Shown in pieces: positions 26,101-40,111 of a stretch of 64,000 nt of DNA. Source of the DNA: Euprymna scolopes (lineage: Eukaryota); NCBI GenBank assembly GCA_053919585.1, contig CM132791.1. One strand, written 5' to 3'. Numbering within the stretch: position 1 is the first letter of the stretch; every line of letters begins with the position of its first letter. Made by a program: the position numbers and the translations under genes. The notes beneath the pieces are model-generated. The model did not search any database, was not told the DNA's origin, and saw only the letters and a list, made by a program, of their open reading frames with translations.

Positions 26101-29100
26101 CCTAGACTCCAGATACCCTGAACAATCGTCATCATAATTTGTCGAGCTATTGTCCCTGGTCTAACGTAAAACCGATTTAATTAAGGGATACATAGATCAA
26201 AGGCCAAGTTCAAATAAAAGATCACATTTTTTCGGTATCTCCATTAGCTTTGACTTTTGTAAACAGCGAGACGTTACAAATTTCGATTAAAGAAAAGTCT
26301 ATCAAACATGAATACGAAATATGATTATGTCTGCCAGTAAAGCATGACGAGTGGAATCTAACGACACCAGTTGCATTAAGTGAAATGAAATAATATATAT
26401 TATGGATGTTAATATGAGTCTTAAAGGCTAAGTTCAAAGGAAGATAGCAGCTGGGCAATATAGAAAAATATGTGAAGAACTAGACGACCTATCTGATATT
26501 AGCGGAGAGTAGTAGGTGTAGGGTAGTTAAATTAGGAAGTCCAGTTCACAAGGAAATGCCATAGTAACCAAGGAAATAGGAAATTAAAATGGCATTGAAA
26601 ACAAAGAGGTATTCATAAACACCTTACTAGAGGTAAGTTTGTTTAAAAGTCAATTTCTGAAAGCCACCCAACACATGTCAACATAAAAATGACGTTAGAT
26701 CGATTATACTGCCGATGAAATTAAATGGTGATGATGACGGCGATGATGATGAAGGTAGTTTACCCCATGGCACATTTTTCATTTTTTTTTTTTTGTTTCT
26801 GACGTGTCTTCGGAATTTAACAACACCAAGTCTTTTTTTTTTTTTTTTTAGATTTTTGTTCATATTTTACATATATTTGTTTTTCTTTCTTTTATTTTTT
26901 TGTTCACGTCGAGGAGGATAGTTGTTTTGTGGTTTTGTTTTTCAATATGTGAAGCGTCGATAATTCATTTACTACTAAAATAGATATGCTTTGTGTACGA
27001 ATGTTTTATAAATCAATTTCTATATGCATACGTTTTGTAAAGATAACCCTAATACGATAGTATCTATGTAGCTTAGAGATCATCATAGCCTCCGTTCACT
27101 CTTGGAAGACTACAATATGAGGCGTAAACGTAGATACGCGTGTAATTGTAAAGTAGGAGTTGTGCAATCCTTAATCGCACTTCTGTATCGACACTAGTTA
27201 AATACTGTGGAAAGAAGAATATAGGGCTACTTAACCAATGCTGATATACGCAAATAACGCATGCAACACCTGTTGTCCCAAAATGGTAACCCTTTTAATA
27301 TTGAATAGACTCAATTATTATCGTTTCGCGTCAGAGACGACTCATGCGTAGTCGTAACTAACTGCCAAACCTCACAAATTGGATCTTCACCACTGGATTA
27401 ATTTTTCTCTCACATCTAATGTGGTACGTAATACAGCTTTAGTACGTACCGTCCGTATCAGTCGAGCATGTGTTTGTTTGTTTGTTTGTTTGTTTGTTTT
27501 TTTTTTGTTTTTTTTTTGCTTGAACATGTTTTGGCTAGTCTCTCGACATCCAGTTATTTGACTGTTGAATGTAGGTACATTTTCTAGGCCTAGACTTTAC
27601 TTCCGCCTTTAGAAGGAAGTTAGTTTATTACTAATCGCATGAAATACATATACCGCATAATGTAAGCATGGCTTTCCAATCATTTTATGTAGGTTAGAAT
27701 CATCTTCACTTGCGTTGCTGGATTTTTGGAACTTTATATGTCATTGTTATTAACGTTTTACAAAGGAAGTTACTAAACATACCTACAGTGATTGAAGGGA
27801 AAGACTGCTGTAGTTGATAAGATTAGAAATAGAGTAAGCATAGACAAAAACATAACAACAGCAAGAAAATAGATTTTAGGATTGAAGAGTAGAAGGGAGA
27901 CATCATATTTTACTAGTATAGTTGAGATACATATGTTTACTCGGGTTTTAAAATAGTAACATTGCAGAACAATTAATCTGAAATGTTACAAAGTAAACCG
28001 AAGGGAATTTGTGAAGGTAATTTACAATGAAGAGTTAAGCTGACGTTATTTTATATAAATTGGAGGCAATGCTTTTGATCAAGTTTTTACATGTTTGTGC
28101 GCAGTCTAACACAAACATTACAAAACTGATCAAAATATCAATCTTGCTATTTCTTAGACTGATTTTATTTTGGCGTACCTGGGCCAACCGTAAAAGTCCC
28201 ACTTTTGGCGACATCTTCAGTTGTGTTAATCTTTGTGACCCGATATTACCAAAGTCGATGTGGATAGTTGATGTGTTTTGATAGTACTAATCACTATGCT
28301 TAATATCAACCTTATCAGACCCTTCCCCTTATGGCATGGGAATTTTCCCTTCTGAGGCTACACCTCCTGGCTCCAAAACACAATGGCTCCAGTAGAACAT
28401 ACTCAACCGTCTGAAACAAAAATAGGGCGAACAGAATTTGCTATATCCCAGTGGGTATACAACACTGAGCCGACCATAGCAGATATGAAGAGAAGAATCA
28501 CCCACAGCAAGACTGTCGTGTTATTCCTCTACTGACCAATCGGTGAAGCTTGTATTCAATAATAATTCAAAGACTATGTAAAAATGTAGGAAATGTTTTA
28601 TGATCACCTGCCTCAATACATGCAAAGCGGACGAAGCCTCATTAGATGAGTTTAATTCCATGACATACTACTTCATAAATTATGGAATAATATATAGATA
28701 AGATGGTTATATATGTCTATAGAATCAGGCGGATGTATGTAGTATCACCACTTAAGTTATTGTATTTTGACGATTTCTTGTTGTATAAAACATAATTTTT
28801 TAAATATTTTTTAGTGATAGTGTATACAGTCATTAAGGTTTGTTTCCTGAAAATCCCTAAATGGCAGATGAGTATTTCAACCAGGGAACATGTGTTCAGG
28901 TTGTCAACGTATTTAAGTGTCACCTAATATAAAATTGCCATCATGAGGGAACTGGCGATTATCTATTCCAATTGATTAGGAGAAGCCAACTTGTCGATGA
29001 AGTGAGAACCATCAAAGGAAGTACGCTTATGCCTAATTTAGGGGTTGTCATTAAACGGACATTCTTTTTTAATGATATACATTGCATTTCTAATCCTCTA

Positions 29101-29630
29101 AATAGGCGTGTGCATTGGATTCTTTCACAATAGTACAGGATGATTAGTTGTAAATAGGGATTAAATGTCCCATATGGTACGAACTTATTAAGAGCTTTTC
29201 CTTGACGCAATTATGGCCGATACGCACATACGGACATTAACACGATACCTCATGTATTGCACACCTAATTCAAGAAGCATGGGCTGTTTTTACTTACACA
29301 TAGATCTTTTAATATAACATCTCTCATCTACACACACACAATTTTATGTTATTTTTTCTTACAATTCATTTAATATATATGGACTTTCGCTCAAGTCTAT
29401 TAAACACAGGAAAGGCGACTGCTATCTCCTCCATATTGGATTTATTCCTGTATAACTGTTGAACGAATAAACAAATTTAGTAATAAACTGAGTAAATTTC
29501 TACTATGTTATTAATAGAGTTTAGCTACACAAACATAACAGAAACGAATGGACACACACGGAAACAGTTCATCCGAATAAACGTAATATTTATAGACAAA
29601 ATCAAACATAAATTATAATAAATTTAATAA

Positions 29631-30330
29631 CTAATACTTGGTGGACATTCCCCTTGTTGCTTTCGATAAGAAACATATTCTTATGATGGCACTGATCAGT
29701 TGACGAATATCATCTTGAGGAATTTATTGGGATATCTGACGCAATAATGCAAAAAAATTTTAGGCTTAGAAGATTGCTTCCTTTCCTCTTTGCAGGGGTT
29801 CTGGTCTAATATGCACCAAATTTCCAATTAGGTTTATATCCGTGGATTGATTTAGCGTGGAAGATTATTAATCATATTTTGACTCAACCAATGTTATTTT
29901 GCCATAGCAGAGTGACAAGTAGCTCTGTTTTTCATAAACAAACAGTTTACTTTGGTTATTTTACCACTTGCGAATATTTGTAAGAGTCCTCATGTAATAT
30001 TGAAACACATTTAGCAGAATTGAAGTAATCCTACGCACTCCACCAGGTCGGACCGACTATCACTACAAATTGCCCCCCCATACCATAACCGAGAAACTCA
30101 CATATTTCAGCGTGCGCTGCAGTTTTTTTTTTTTTTTAGTCAAGCTGTTGCTGAGGGAGCCTCCATACCAATACCCTTCTACTGTCGGGAAATAATGTAT
30201 ATCATGACTCATCAGAGAAAATGACATCAGTCCAAAAGGTCATAAGTCTCTCCACCATCTCAGGAGCCCAATCTTTTCTGTGGTTGATATTGGTAAGATG
30301 AAGAAGAGGTTTCTTTCTCGCAGCTCTACT
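29631..30330 (-). pseudogene. Tc1-like transposase remnant
   Basis: Ordered motifs SRAARKKPLL, FWTDVIFSDES, SVMVWGAI, FMKNRATCHSA (cf. FMQDGAPCH), QSTDINLIGNL (cf. SPDLNPIENL) and terminal STKY*. Confidence 0.9.
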
Positions 30331-30355
30331 ATAATAACCCATATATATATAAAAG

Positions 30356-30393
<38 letters not shown>

Positions 30394-30407
30394 ATAAAGC
30401 TGAATGG

Positions 30408-30439
<32 letters not shown>

Positions 30440-30549
30440 TCACGAATAGGTTCCTATATGGTTGTCTATTTTAAAAAGCTGATTATACATAATGATAGAA
30501 GATGTATCGAGGCACAGGAATGGGTATGTTTGATCTTGCAGAACAGTGG

Positions 30550-30970
30550 TTCATTAAAATTGTGTGGTCTGCGTTCGCGCCTGGTCCATAAGTATGGAAA
30601 TAAAAAAATAAAAAAAACATTTACAAGTGTTTTTGATATAGATGTACATAAGAATACTTTGATAAGTATGTTTAACTAAAGTACGGGTGGTATAATAAAA
30701 TTGTGGGGTCTGCGTTCGCGTCTGGCCTCCATAGAATCGAAATAGGCACAAACATTAATAAAGACTTTTCATATCTATCTGCGTAAGTATACTTTCATAA
30801 TTATGTTTCAGTTTGAAGAAATATGGTATAATAAAATTGTTGAGTGTTCGCTCGTACCTGACCTCCATAGAATGGAAATGTATCACAAAGTTTAACAAGT
30901 TTTTTTTTAAATATAGATCCACAGAATATTGTGATAAGTGTTTCAGTGTAAACAGGTATGGTATAATACA
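30550..30970. repeat. About 3 diverged tandem copies of a ~137-bp unit
   Basis: taaaattgt...gttcgc...cca(ta)...gaaat recurs near 30555, 30692 and 30828. Confidence 0.8.
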
Positions 30971-32339
30971 TAATGAGGTTTATCTATTTTATTTTTATTT
31001 TCATCATATTTTGCTTTGGTTTTGATACCCCCAAATTCAACCCAAATTTCCAACCCTTCCTTTTCATAACCTATCATACTTTAATAAGTCAGATTCCATT
31101 TTCTGTGGGCTGTTTTTGAACCCAGTNNNNNNNNNNNNNNNNNNNNNNNNNNNNNNNNNNNNNNNNNNNNNNNNNNNNNNNNNNNNNNNNNNNNNNNNNN
31201 NNNNNNNNNNNNNNNNNNNNNNNNNNNNNNNNNNNNNNNNNNNNNNNNNNNNNNNNNNNNNNNNNNNNNNNNNNNNNNNNNNNNNNNNNNNNNNNNNNNN
31301 NNNNNNNNCCTCATCGATGTCCTGGAATAATGCTATGGCTAGTTCAGATTCATGAAAGCAAATTAACTTATTTTTTCAAATATTAATTGACCTTCATGCA
31401 AAATAATTTTCAAACGAAAGACTTAAGAATTTTTTTTAAATATATGAAGGAGTTGTGTTTCGCGACTATTTCAACGCAATTTGTGACAAACACTGCGGAC
31501 AGAAGTTAGTGTATAAAAAAGAATAATGGCAATATGAGAAGAAATGCCATGTTTTGGTAGGATATTACATTTATTCACTAACCTAATGTGTCGTACAGGA
31601 TTTTAGGTGTCACTACCCCTATTTTTCGAGAGTTTAATCTGTTCATCATGATAGTAAATAAACGTTCAGGGAGAAGCTTTTTTTATTTTTATATATTTAT
31701 TTATTAAAATATAGTACATTAGTTTTAGCTAGTGCCTTAAACTGAATTGAATATCTATCTATCTGTTCTATATTAGAAGTTTGTGTGTGAGTTCGTTTTC
31801 TATGGACTTTGAAACAGCTAGGCCGATTTTTAAAAGAAATCACTCGGATGTAATTGATGTGTTAGGGATGTTTTTTTTACGTTGTTTTTTTTATTGAAAT
31901 GCATCTGATATGTATCCCAAATCGATAAGCGAAAACACACGATTAAAAAAGGAAGTTCGATTTTGGCGAAAGTTTACATTTTTATACAACCTAAGAAATG
32001 GTTAAATGCGATCACCTAAAAAAGTGTCTTTAAATAATACCGGTTCCACCACTGGATTATTGTCAGGAAGGGCAGCCGCCCTGTAAACATCGTGCTTTAA
32101 CATACGGAATGACTTAAAATCGAACCCAACAGATATTTGTTAACACGACAAACACATTTTACTTTCTTATTCGTAGAATGTAATTGCCTGTTTCCAATTT
32201 GTATTATATGCATTATTAAACTTACTTTTCTCATTTTGAGTGTTATTCTCACAGTGTTTTGCCTGACGAAATTTTCACTCATCTAAAGATCTTTATTTTC
32301 AAACGTAACCATGGTTTAGTCGTGAATAAAAATATAATT

Positions 32340-32460
32340 ACGTGTATATTCTAGAGTTTGACATTAAGATTTCAAAGATACAGCTGAAGAAAACCAGTGG
32401 ATACATTGGCCGAAACATTTTGAAAAAAAGTTCAAGATAACAACAGTAGTTCGAACAAGG
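32340..32460 (+). mobile_element. Decayed copy of the hammerhead-bearing repeat family seen at 36.1 and 62.1-62.7 kb
   Basis: ctagagtttgaca...CTGAAGA-aaaccagtggatacattggcc-GAAACATT...tcaagataacaacag parallels 62608-62690. Confidence 0.6.
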
Positions 32461-33461
32461 AAAAAAATATTTATCAAACTTAATCTAAACACAATCAGAA
32501 ACGTAAGCTTGACATACTATTGTTGTAAAAAATGATGATACAGAGCATCCTTTTTCTGTTAAGTTTATAGACACTTGGGATGTATTTACAAGTGACTTTT
32601 TCTATCTTGCCAGTCTTGGAGACTAAAGCATATGTTAAGGGACATCTGACTCGATTTATTACTACGGTTTCCGGAGAAATCCTATTCCCAATTCACGCCT
32701 AAGAATCTGCAATCCCATTACTATTATTATGTTAGTTCATTTACTTTTCATTTAAAGCTATTTCAACATGTTTTTCGATTTACACGACTCACACATAGCA
32801 ACGTGCCATGCACATATGTTTCATCTGTAATTGCTTACCGGTCTACGGCCGTACACTGATTACAATAGAGGTTATAAATAAACGGGGATATTGCCTTGCG
32901 CAAATGAGAATTGAAATCGAAAAATAAGAATATATGATTTTAAATTAATCAAGTGTCCTATAACGGGAGAGAAAATTTATACACGTGTCAATCAATCAAT
33001 CTATCTATCTATCTATCCATCTATCTATCTATCGATACCCTTATAAAGTGTAGTTATTGATCGCTCTGATATTAAAAGTTTAAGTTTTGTAGTAAAACAA
33101 TCTTTAAACAAAATTAATATAATTAGTTATGAATTCTTGTTATGCATATTTTCTATATTCTGCATTATTGCGTATAAATAAGGAATAAAACGTTCTAGCA
33201 GNNNNNNNNNNNNNNNNNNNNNNNNNNNNNNNNNNNNNNNNNNNNNNNNNNNNNNNNNNNNNNNNNNNNNNNNNNNNNNNNNNNNNNNNNNNNNNNNNNN
33301 NNNNNNNNNNNNNNNNNNNNNNNNNNNNNNNNNNNNNNNNNNNNNNNNNNNNNNNNNNNNNNNNNNNNNNNNNNNNNNNNNNNNNNNNNNNNNNNNNNNN
33401 NNNNNNNNNTTTGCTTGAAGCATTGTGTGGGATATGTATGTAAAAGAGATTTAGAAGGCTG

Positions 33462-33835
33462 TCACAATGCGAGGAATGAATTATAGTCGCTGTTGGTAAG
33501 AGGAGACGAAAACAAGTGGCGATTTACAAATCAATAAGTACACACATATATATATTTATTATTATTATTTATATATATATATTTATTCAGTTGTATGGTA
33601 AAATTTCTTACTTGTAATTCCATGCGACGTATTCCATTATTAATTTCGGAAAAAAATTCCCTTTTCAAATTGTGTGCGTAATAGGCCGTTCAAAGCATTT
33701 TACCATACAACTGAATAAATATATATATATACATATATAAAAATAATATATATATATGTATGTACTTATTGATTTGTAAATCGCTACTTGTTCTCGTCTC
33801 CTCTCACCGACTATAATCCATTTCTCGCATTGTGA
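33462..33835. repeat. Long inverted repeat with ~140-bp arms (33462-33603, 33698-33835) and a ~95-bp spacer
   Basis: tcacaatgcgag...gatttacaaatcaataagtaca...tatttattcagttgtatggtaaaa and its reverse complement. Confidence 0.9.
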
Positions 33836-35574
33836 NNNNNNNNNNNNNNNNNNNNNNNNNNNNNNNNNNNNNNNNNNNNNNNNNNNNNNNNNNNNNNNNN
33901 NNNNNNNNNNNNNNNNNNNNNNNNNNNNNNNNNNNNNNNNNNNNNNNNNNNNNNNNNNNNNNNNNNNNNNNNNNNNNNNNNNNNNNNNNNNNNNNNNNNN
34001 NNNNNNNNNNNNNNNNNNNNNNNNNNNNNNNNNNNNNNNNNNNNNNNNNNNNNNNNNNNNNNNNNNNNNNNNNNNNNNNNNNNNNNNNNNNNNNNNNNNT
34101 GTGCGCGCGAAACCTTTACTAAACACCTTCCTGTCTATGAACTTGAAACTTGGACGTCAGCAACGCTTTCGATATAGTTTTTAGCCAATAAAGTGTCAGC
34201 TGTTGATCTTGACAGGAGTTAACAGACTAACTTCTAAATATGCATACATACATTTTTAGCTTTTTTTATACGTCTGAAGATGAGCCAGACAGCGGAGACA
34301 AAGCTATACATAACGACTATGGCTGGGGTGCTGGATGTTTTGGTTTCAATTTCAGCTATGTACACCGAAGTCATTTATTTTTACTTTTGAAATTTATACC
34401 ATATATTTTGGGTAAAATATAAAATCAATAGAGCATTCGCTCTACAATCGAGGATATGAAATGAGCATGTATTAAAATATCATTTTAAGCGTATTTTACG
34501 ACCAGACAACACTGCGCGTTCAGCTAGTATTCTATATCTCTAAAAATCAAAAATGTGTTCGTGCAGTAAATATTGTTGCCAGATATAGGCTGGTGTACCA
34601 ACCACTAGTCTTTTCATCTTGCAAAATTTTATTTCTAATCAAATATATCCTGCGCAGTCTACCAGACTCGAGACTCAATCCTATAGCAACAACGTACATC
34701 CATGGAATGGGCTCACAAAAGAACCGCATTTGTACCCTCTCTCCAAGAAACTACCCATGAACAACCTAATACGCAACAGGATCATAAACTTTACTGCAAA
34801 AGATCCAAGATGTGGTAAAACGTTTTACCTTAATAAACTCTTTACTAAGACAGTTTGTTTTTCTGTTCATCCACGTATCTCTGTTTATTGACATTATTAA
34901 CGTGTCTAAATTTACATGTAATGCGAACTAACATATTGCAATACAGCTTATCACTTAAGATGCTCGCTATAAATATGCCACATGACAAAAGAGTCACTTA
35001 AGTCTTTATAATAATATAACTTTTTGGCGTAAACAAAGAATAACCAACGTATTAGTAGAGAATTTAAATGGCTTCTTTCAGCATGGATTCTGTTATTATG
35101 ATGATTTCATATGAGCGCATATATTGCTTTACGCAAATGGTATTTGGGATTAAAGTATGCGAATATTTGTGGTTTATTTCATCACGTTAAGCAACGCGCG
35201 AGTAGAGAATTAAATTTTATGCAATTTTGTTAGAATCGCCATGTATTATAGTATAGGAGAATGCAGTATACGTCGTATTTCTATTCTTGTCGTCTTCGTC
35301 ATCACACCGAGTAATTGCGTCACTTCCAGTTTGTTCAAAGAAGCAACTTCGCTAAAATCCGATCAGCGAAGTGAGAACCATCAAATTAGAAAAAAGAAAA
35401 TAATGGTAACAGCATTAACTCTATGCGAGCTTCATTAGATTCCAAAAAGCAGGAAGTTCCATTCGAGTATGAAATTCATAAGCGGTTTTCAGTCACATGT
35501 ATATTCCCGTTAGGGGAGATGACTACGTTAGGTGTTTGCAACTCTTGCAGTGAAGTTACGACGTGCTCTTATAT

Positions 35575-35687
35575 TAAAACGCCCGCAAATCCCAAACTGG
35601 TCACCCATCTTATACTGACCAGGCTCACTGCTGCCTAACTTTGGTGATCTAATGGAAAACAGTGTCTTAGCGTGATTATGCTGTACA
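35575..35687 (-). pseudogene. 5S rRNA-derived sequence (pseudogene or SINE3 head)
   Basis: Minus strand gtacagcataatcacgctaagacactgttttccattagatcaccaaagttaggcagcagtgagcctggtcagtataagatgggtgaccagtttggga is collinear with metazoan 5S rRNA. It has a box A-like aagttaggcag and a box C-like gatgggtgac but many substitutions. Confidence 0.8.
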
Positions 35688-36079
35688 ATCTATATCTTCA
35701 TCCGTCGATTAGTGGTGTCGATAAAACCAAATTCGAAATCTAGTTTGAAATAAACTACGCTTTTTACTGGAGTATGCCTAGAGTTAAATGTGACCGTCAT
35801 CGCCAATGAATATAACGGTGAAGTAGAGACAGGCTCGCAACATCTATTCTGTGTGAAAAAGATTTCAGGAAAGAGAAAATGTCTTCCCCCACTAGACTAC
35901 TAAATCTATTTTGAACTCTGTCAAGGCAGGATAAGTATTCTGGCAGATCCTAACCAGATTTGGCAACACTACTTCATTCTTAGGCGTACTTAGCTCTTAT
36001 ACAGGTAGAAATATACGAAAATAATACTACACGAAAATAAACAAACATCTCCCAAAAACCATTCAAAAAAAGCAAAATG

Positions 36080-36355
36080 TGTATTATTTGGATTATTTGG
36101 ATAACTGTTTTCATCTTGATTGTAATTTTCACAACGTTTAGACCGATATAACATCCGACCTTCTTAAGATGCATTTTATCGAAATCAAAAATTATTTTCT
36201 TAAACTCGTATATCTTTCTGTCGAACTCAACATACTTTCGAACAGTATTTTTATTTGATCCAAGAATGTAATATTCTCTCGTTCTGTCAGTCATGAACAG
36301 GTAGAAGTTTACGCAATGTTTATTTCTATCCTTAGTATCGCCCTAAAACTAAAGA
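36080..36355 (-). mobile_element. Decayed copy of the hammerhead-bearing repeat family (hammerhead relic 36130-36172)
   Basis: Collinear with 62082-62340. The minus strand catcttaagaaggtcggatgttatatcggtctaaacgttgtg is a mutated minimal hammerhead. Confidence 0.7.
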
Positions 36356-36873
36356 AGTCCTTATTAGTTTTGTCGTCACAAGAGCAGAGTTGACAAAAGG
36401 TCGGTCTTTTATGTGAAACATTTTTACTCCACGAAAGTGGGCACTAAGGATTAATACAGAAATAAAATGTGTCTCAGTATCGTCGGATTTATCCGTCATC
36501 GACCGAATACAAAACGATGAACTATGTTATCAGAACTGATACTACACTTTACTCTTAGCAACAAATGGAAGTTTGACACAGAGAAAGCCTTTAGAAAATT
36601 TTTATATTCAACTACATCGTTTCCTTCCAAAGTAAGAAGCAAGTCACCTTAACACAAATAAATTCTTCAAAATAAGTTAGAAAACCATAATTCGGAATTT
36701 GATCGAATACAACATAAGTTATTACATATGTACCTCACTTTATTTGACTTATCTAATACAACCACGAAAAAACGTTTAGTATTAATCTAATTCACGTCAA
36801 TTACTTTTCTCAGCCATGTCCGTTTATTTGGTTTGACTTTTTTGTATTTGCTCTTATCTCATAAGTCTGGCTG

Positions 36874-37249
36874 AAACGAACTGTTATAGATTCTTGGCTC
36901 TGAACCTCCTTCCATTTCTCTTTTCCCTTTTTTCTCTTCCTTCTTTTAACCCGTCCTCTCCTTCTATGCTCTCTCTCACTCTGTGGGTGTGTCTCTNNNN
37001 NNNNNNNNNNNNNNNNNNNNNNNNNNNNNNNNNNNNNNNNNNNNNNNNNNNNNNNNNNNNNNNNNNNNNNNNNNNNNNNNNNNNNNNNNNNNNNNNNNNN
37101 NNNNNNNNNNNNNNNNNNNNNNNNNNNNNNNNNNNNNNNNNNNNNNNNCTACAGAAGCAGAGAGAGAGAGGGGGTAAAAAGAAGGAAGAGAAAAAAGGGA
37201 AAGAGAAATGGGAGGAGGTTCAGAGCCAAGAATCTATAACAGTTCGTTT
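36874..37249. repeat. Near-identical ~85-bp inverted repeat flanking an assembly gap
   Basis: aaacgaactgttatagattcttggctctgaacctcct... and ...aggaggttcagagccaagaatctataacagttcgttt. Confidence 0.9.
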
Positions 37250-37258
37250 ATATATATA

Positions 37259-39023
37259 CTAGCATTTCAGCCCCGCGTTGACAGAGTTATTGTGTAGGAA
37301 AATGTACACGTACACACACACAGACAGGTCCACTAGCATTTAAGCCCGGCGTTGCCCGGGTGTTTGGAAGTCTATGTTTAGCCAAAAAAAAGCGGTCAAT
37401 TTTTTTTAAATTTTGACCCTTATTATGCCCCTTAATTTTTATTGTTTTTGGGCTCTAATCAAGTTATTAAGTTAAACCCATGTCCAAGGAATCTATATCT
37501 AAAATTTCAAGTGTTTACACTCAAAATTGTCGGAGGAGTTTGGTAGAGTTCTCAAATGTCTAATCGTTGAACTCTGACTCCTTAACAGGCAAATTTCTGG
37601 CCGAAAACGGATTACAAAGATTTTTCCAAATCTCAGTACACTGTATGTCAAGTTTCGAGTCTGTAGACTGAAAATTGACAGTGTTATTGTGTATGAAAAT
37701 GTACAGTGATCCACACACAGACACGTTCACTTTTATATATAAGTAGCATTTAAGCCTGGCGTTGCCCGGGTGTTTGGAAAGCTACGTTGAGCCAAAAAAA
37801 AGCGGTTAATTTTTTTTTAATTTTGACACCTATTATGACCCCTTAATTTTTATTGTTTTGGGCGCTTATCAAGTTATAAAGTAAGACCTGTGTCCAAGGA
37901 ACCTATATCTAAAATTTCAAGTTAGCGTAGGAGTTTTGTAGAGTTCTCAAATGTCCAATCGTTGAAATCTGCCAACTTAAAAGCCAGATTTGTGGTCGAA
38001 AACGAATTAAAATGATTGTCCCAAATCTCAGTACCCTGTATATCAAATTTCGAGTCTATAGACTTAAAATTGACAAAGTTATTGCGTAGGGAAATGTACA
38101 CACACAGACACACAAACACACAGACACGTTAACTTTTATAGACATACTTGCATTTAAACCCGGCGTCGCCCGGGTGTATGGATGTGTATGTTGAGCAAAA
38201 AATAAAGTGGTAGTAGGACGGCAGGCTCGAATCCGTGCCGCAAAGGAGGAAAAGAACGGGGAAAACTGACGTCCATTCTGTTACGCCTACCGCCAAACCG
38301 GAAGTGACATTTTTTTTTTAAATTAAGGCTAGACAATCGAAAGGAGAGGATGACTTTAAAAAATATCCACGAAAAAAGCGTCCCTCCCCTGTTAAAAACT
38401 GCCCAGTTTTAGGTGAAGATATTTATGTTTTTGCCAATTTTTCTATATTTGTCGTCCGAAAGGTCGAACTTAAAAACGATACTGATCTTGAGAAAATCCG
38501 TCGCCTCTGACGAAAGTGTTAGGCAGACATGCAAACATGCATACATACATACATTTATATATTAGTAACTAAATTTTTCGACCCAAACCGATTAAAAATC
38601 TTGCCCTATCTCTGAATACCCATTATGTAAAATGTCGAATGATTAGATCAGAAATTTTCTTAGTAATTTGGTAGAGACCGCAGAGGTCAATTTTTAAAAA
38701 CTTTGACCCCTATTATAACCCCTTAACACTTATTTTTTGGGCTCAAATCTAGTTATTAAGTTAGATCCATGTCCAAGGAACCTATATCTAAAATTTAAAG
38801 TGTTTACACCCCAAATTGTCGGAGGAGTTTGGTAGAGATCTCAAATGTCAAATCGTTTAACTTTGACCCCTAAACAGCATAATTTCTGGCCGACCACATA
38901 GATTTACCCATACTTTAGTACTCTGCATATCAAATTTCTAGTCTGTAGGCTTAAAATTTACAGAGTTATTGCGTAGGGAAATGTACACACAGAGACAGAC
39001 ACACAGATACACAGACACGTTCA

Positions 39024-39030
<7 letters not shown>
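37259..39030 (-). mobile_element. Head-to-tail array of non-autonomous Helitron-like elements (~400-bp units starting on + at 37259 [deleted], 37333, 37743, 38147)
   Basis: On -, the full units end in the hairpin CCCGG-gcaacg-CCGGG about 8 nt before CTAG or a variant, the canonical Helitron 3' end. The other end has (CA/GA)n and tatataaaagtgaacgtg. Internal blocks are shared. Confidence 0.8.
38212..38683 (-). mobile_element. Unrelated insertion nested in the fourth Helitron-like unit
   Basis: The host unit breaks after aaataaagtggt and resumes at ggtcaattttt. The insert has its own terminal hairpin (cggca...tgccg) and a (CATA)n tract. Confidence 0.6.
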
Positions 39031-39076
<46 letters not shown>

Positions 39077-39524
39077 CATGTAGGCATACAACATTTATAT
39101 ACGTATCTATATAACCTTTTTGCCTGGAAGCTTTGCACATTGTATCGTCTAGACACTCCACTTTTTCTCTTTCTCTTTTACTATTATTTGTTGTACTTTT
39201 TATATTCGTTCATCTCATATTTCCTTTTTCCAGCTTTCTGTTGACAGAAGATAATTCCCATCAATTTTAGTATTGGGCAATAGTGACATATCGCAACGTA
39301 TCTTTAGGTGGCAAGAGCCATCGGTCTCAAGAGTTTAGGCGCGGATGTACGTCAGCGATAAACGGGTAACTCAGCTACGGCATCGGTCAGTCGGCTAAGA
39401 CAAACACAGCTGTTGTCCGTGCCAATATGTAAAAACAGGTGAAAAACAAAAGGGATAGGTAATACATCATATTTGCATTTTAAATATGTCAATATGTATG
39501 TATATATATGCTATATATGCGACA

Positions 39525-39600
<76 letters not shown>

Positions 39601-40055
39601 CATACATATATATGTGTATTTTTAGCTGTTTAATCCCCCATTCTATGATTCTGATTCTTCTTGATGACACAATTACAAATAAATTACTATGAAAAATTAA
39701 ATTGAACAATATTTATTTTTAATTGTTCAAAATTATAGAAAAATAGTTAAAACAATGCTTTTCTTTAAGGTTTTAGGATCAATTCCATGTGTACCAAGGC
39801 AAAAACAATGTCCAACCAAAAGTATATGCAAACAAAAACGAAACAATAGCATAGCAAAGATTTAATGTAAAATATGGAAGAATGATAGGAAGTAATACAC
39901 ACATTTATAAAAAATCCGAATAAATTGTATTATTACTTAGCAAATCGTGGAATGTCTTACAGCATTCTGATAATTGAATGGAATTATGAAACTGTTATAA
40001 AATATCTAATAACGTAAATTATATAACTATATATATATACTTATATATATATATA

Positions 40056-40111
<56 letters not shown>

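Noticed and set aside
28200-28950. Possible Penelope-like RT remnant (HLPFRD, TVY on minus)
   Set aside because: The motifs are short and scattered across frames; insufficient without an alignment.
35575-35687. Functional 5S rRNA gene
   Set aside because: Too many substitutions, no terminal helix, and not in a tandem array.
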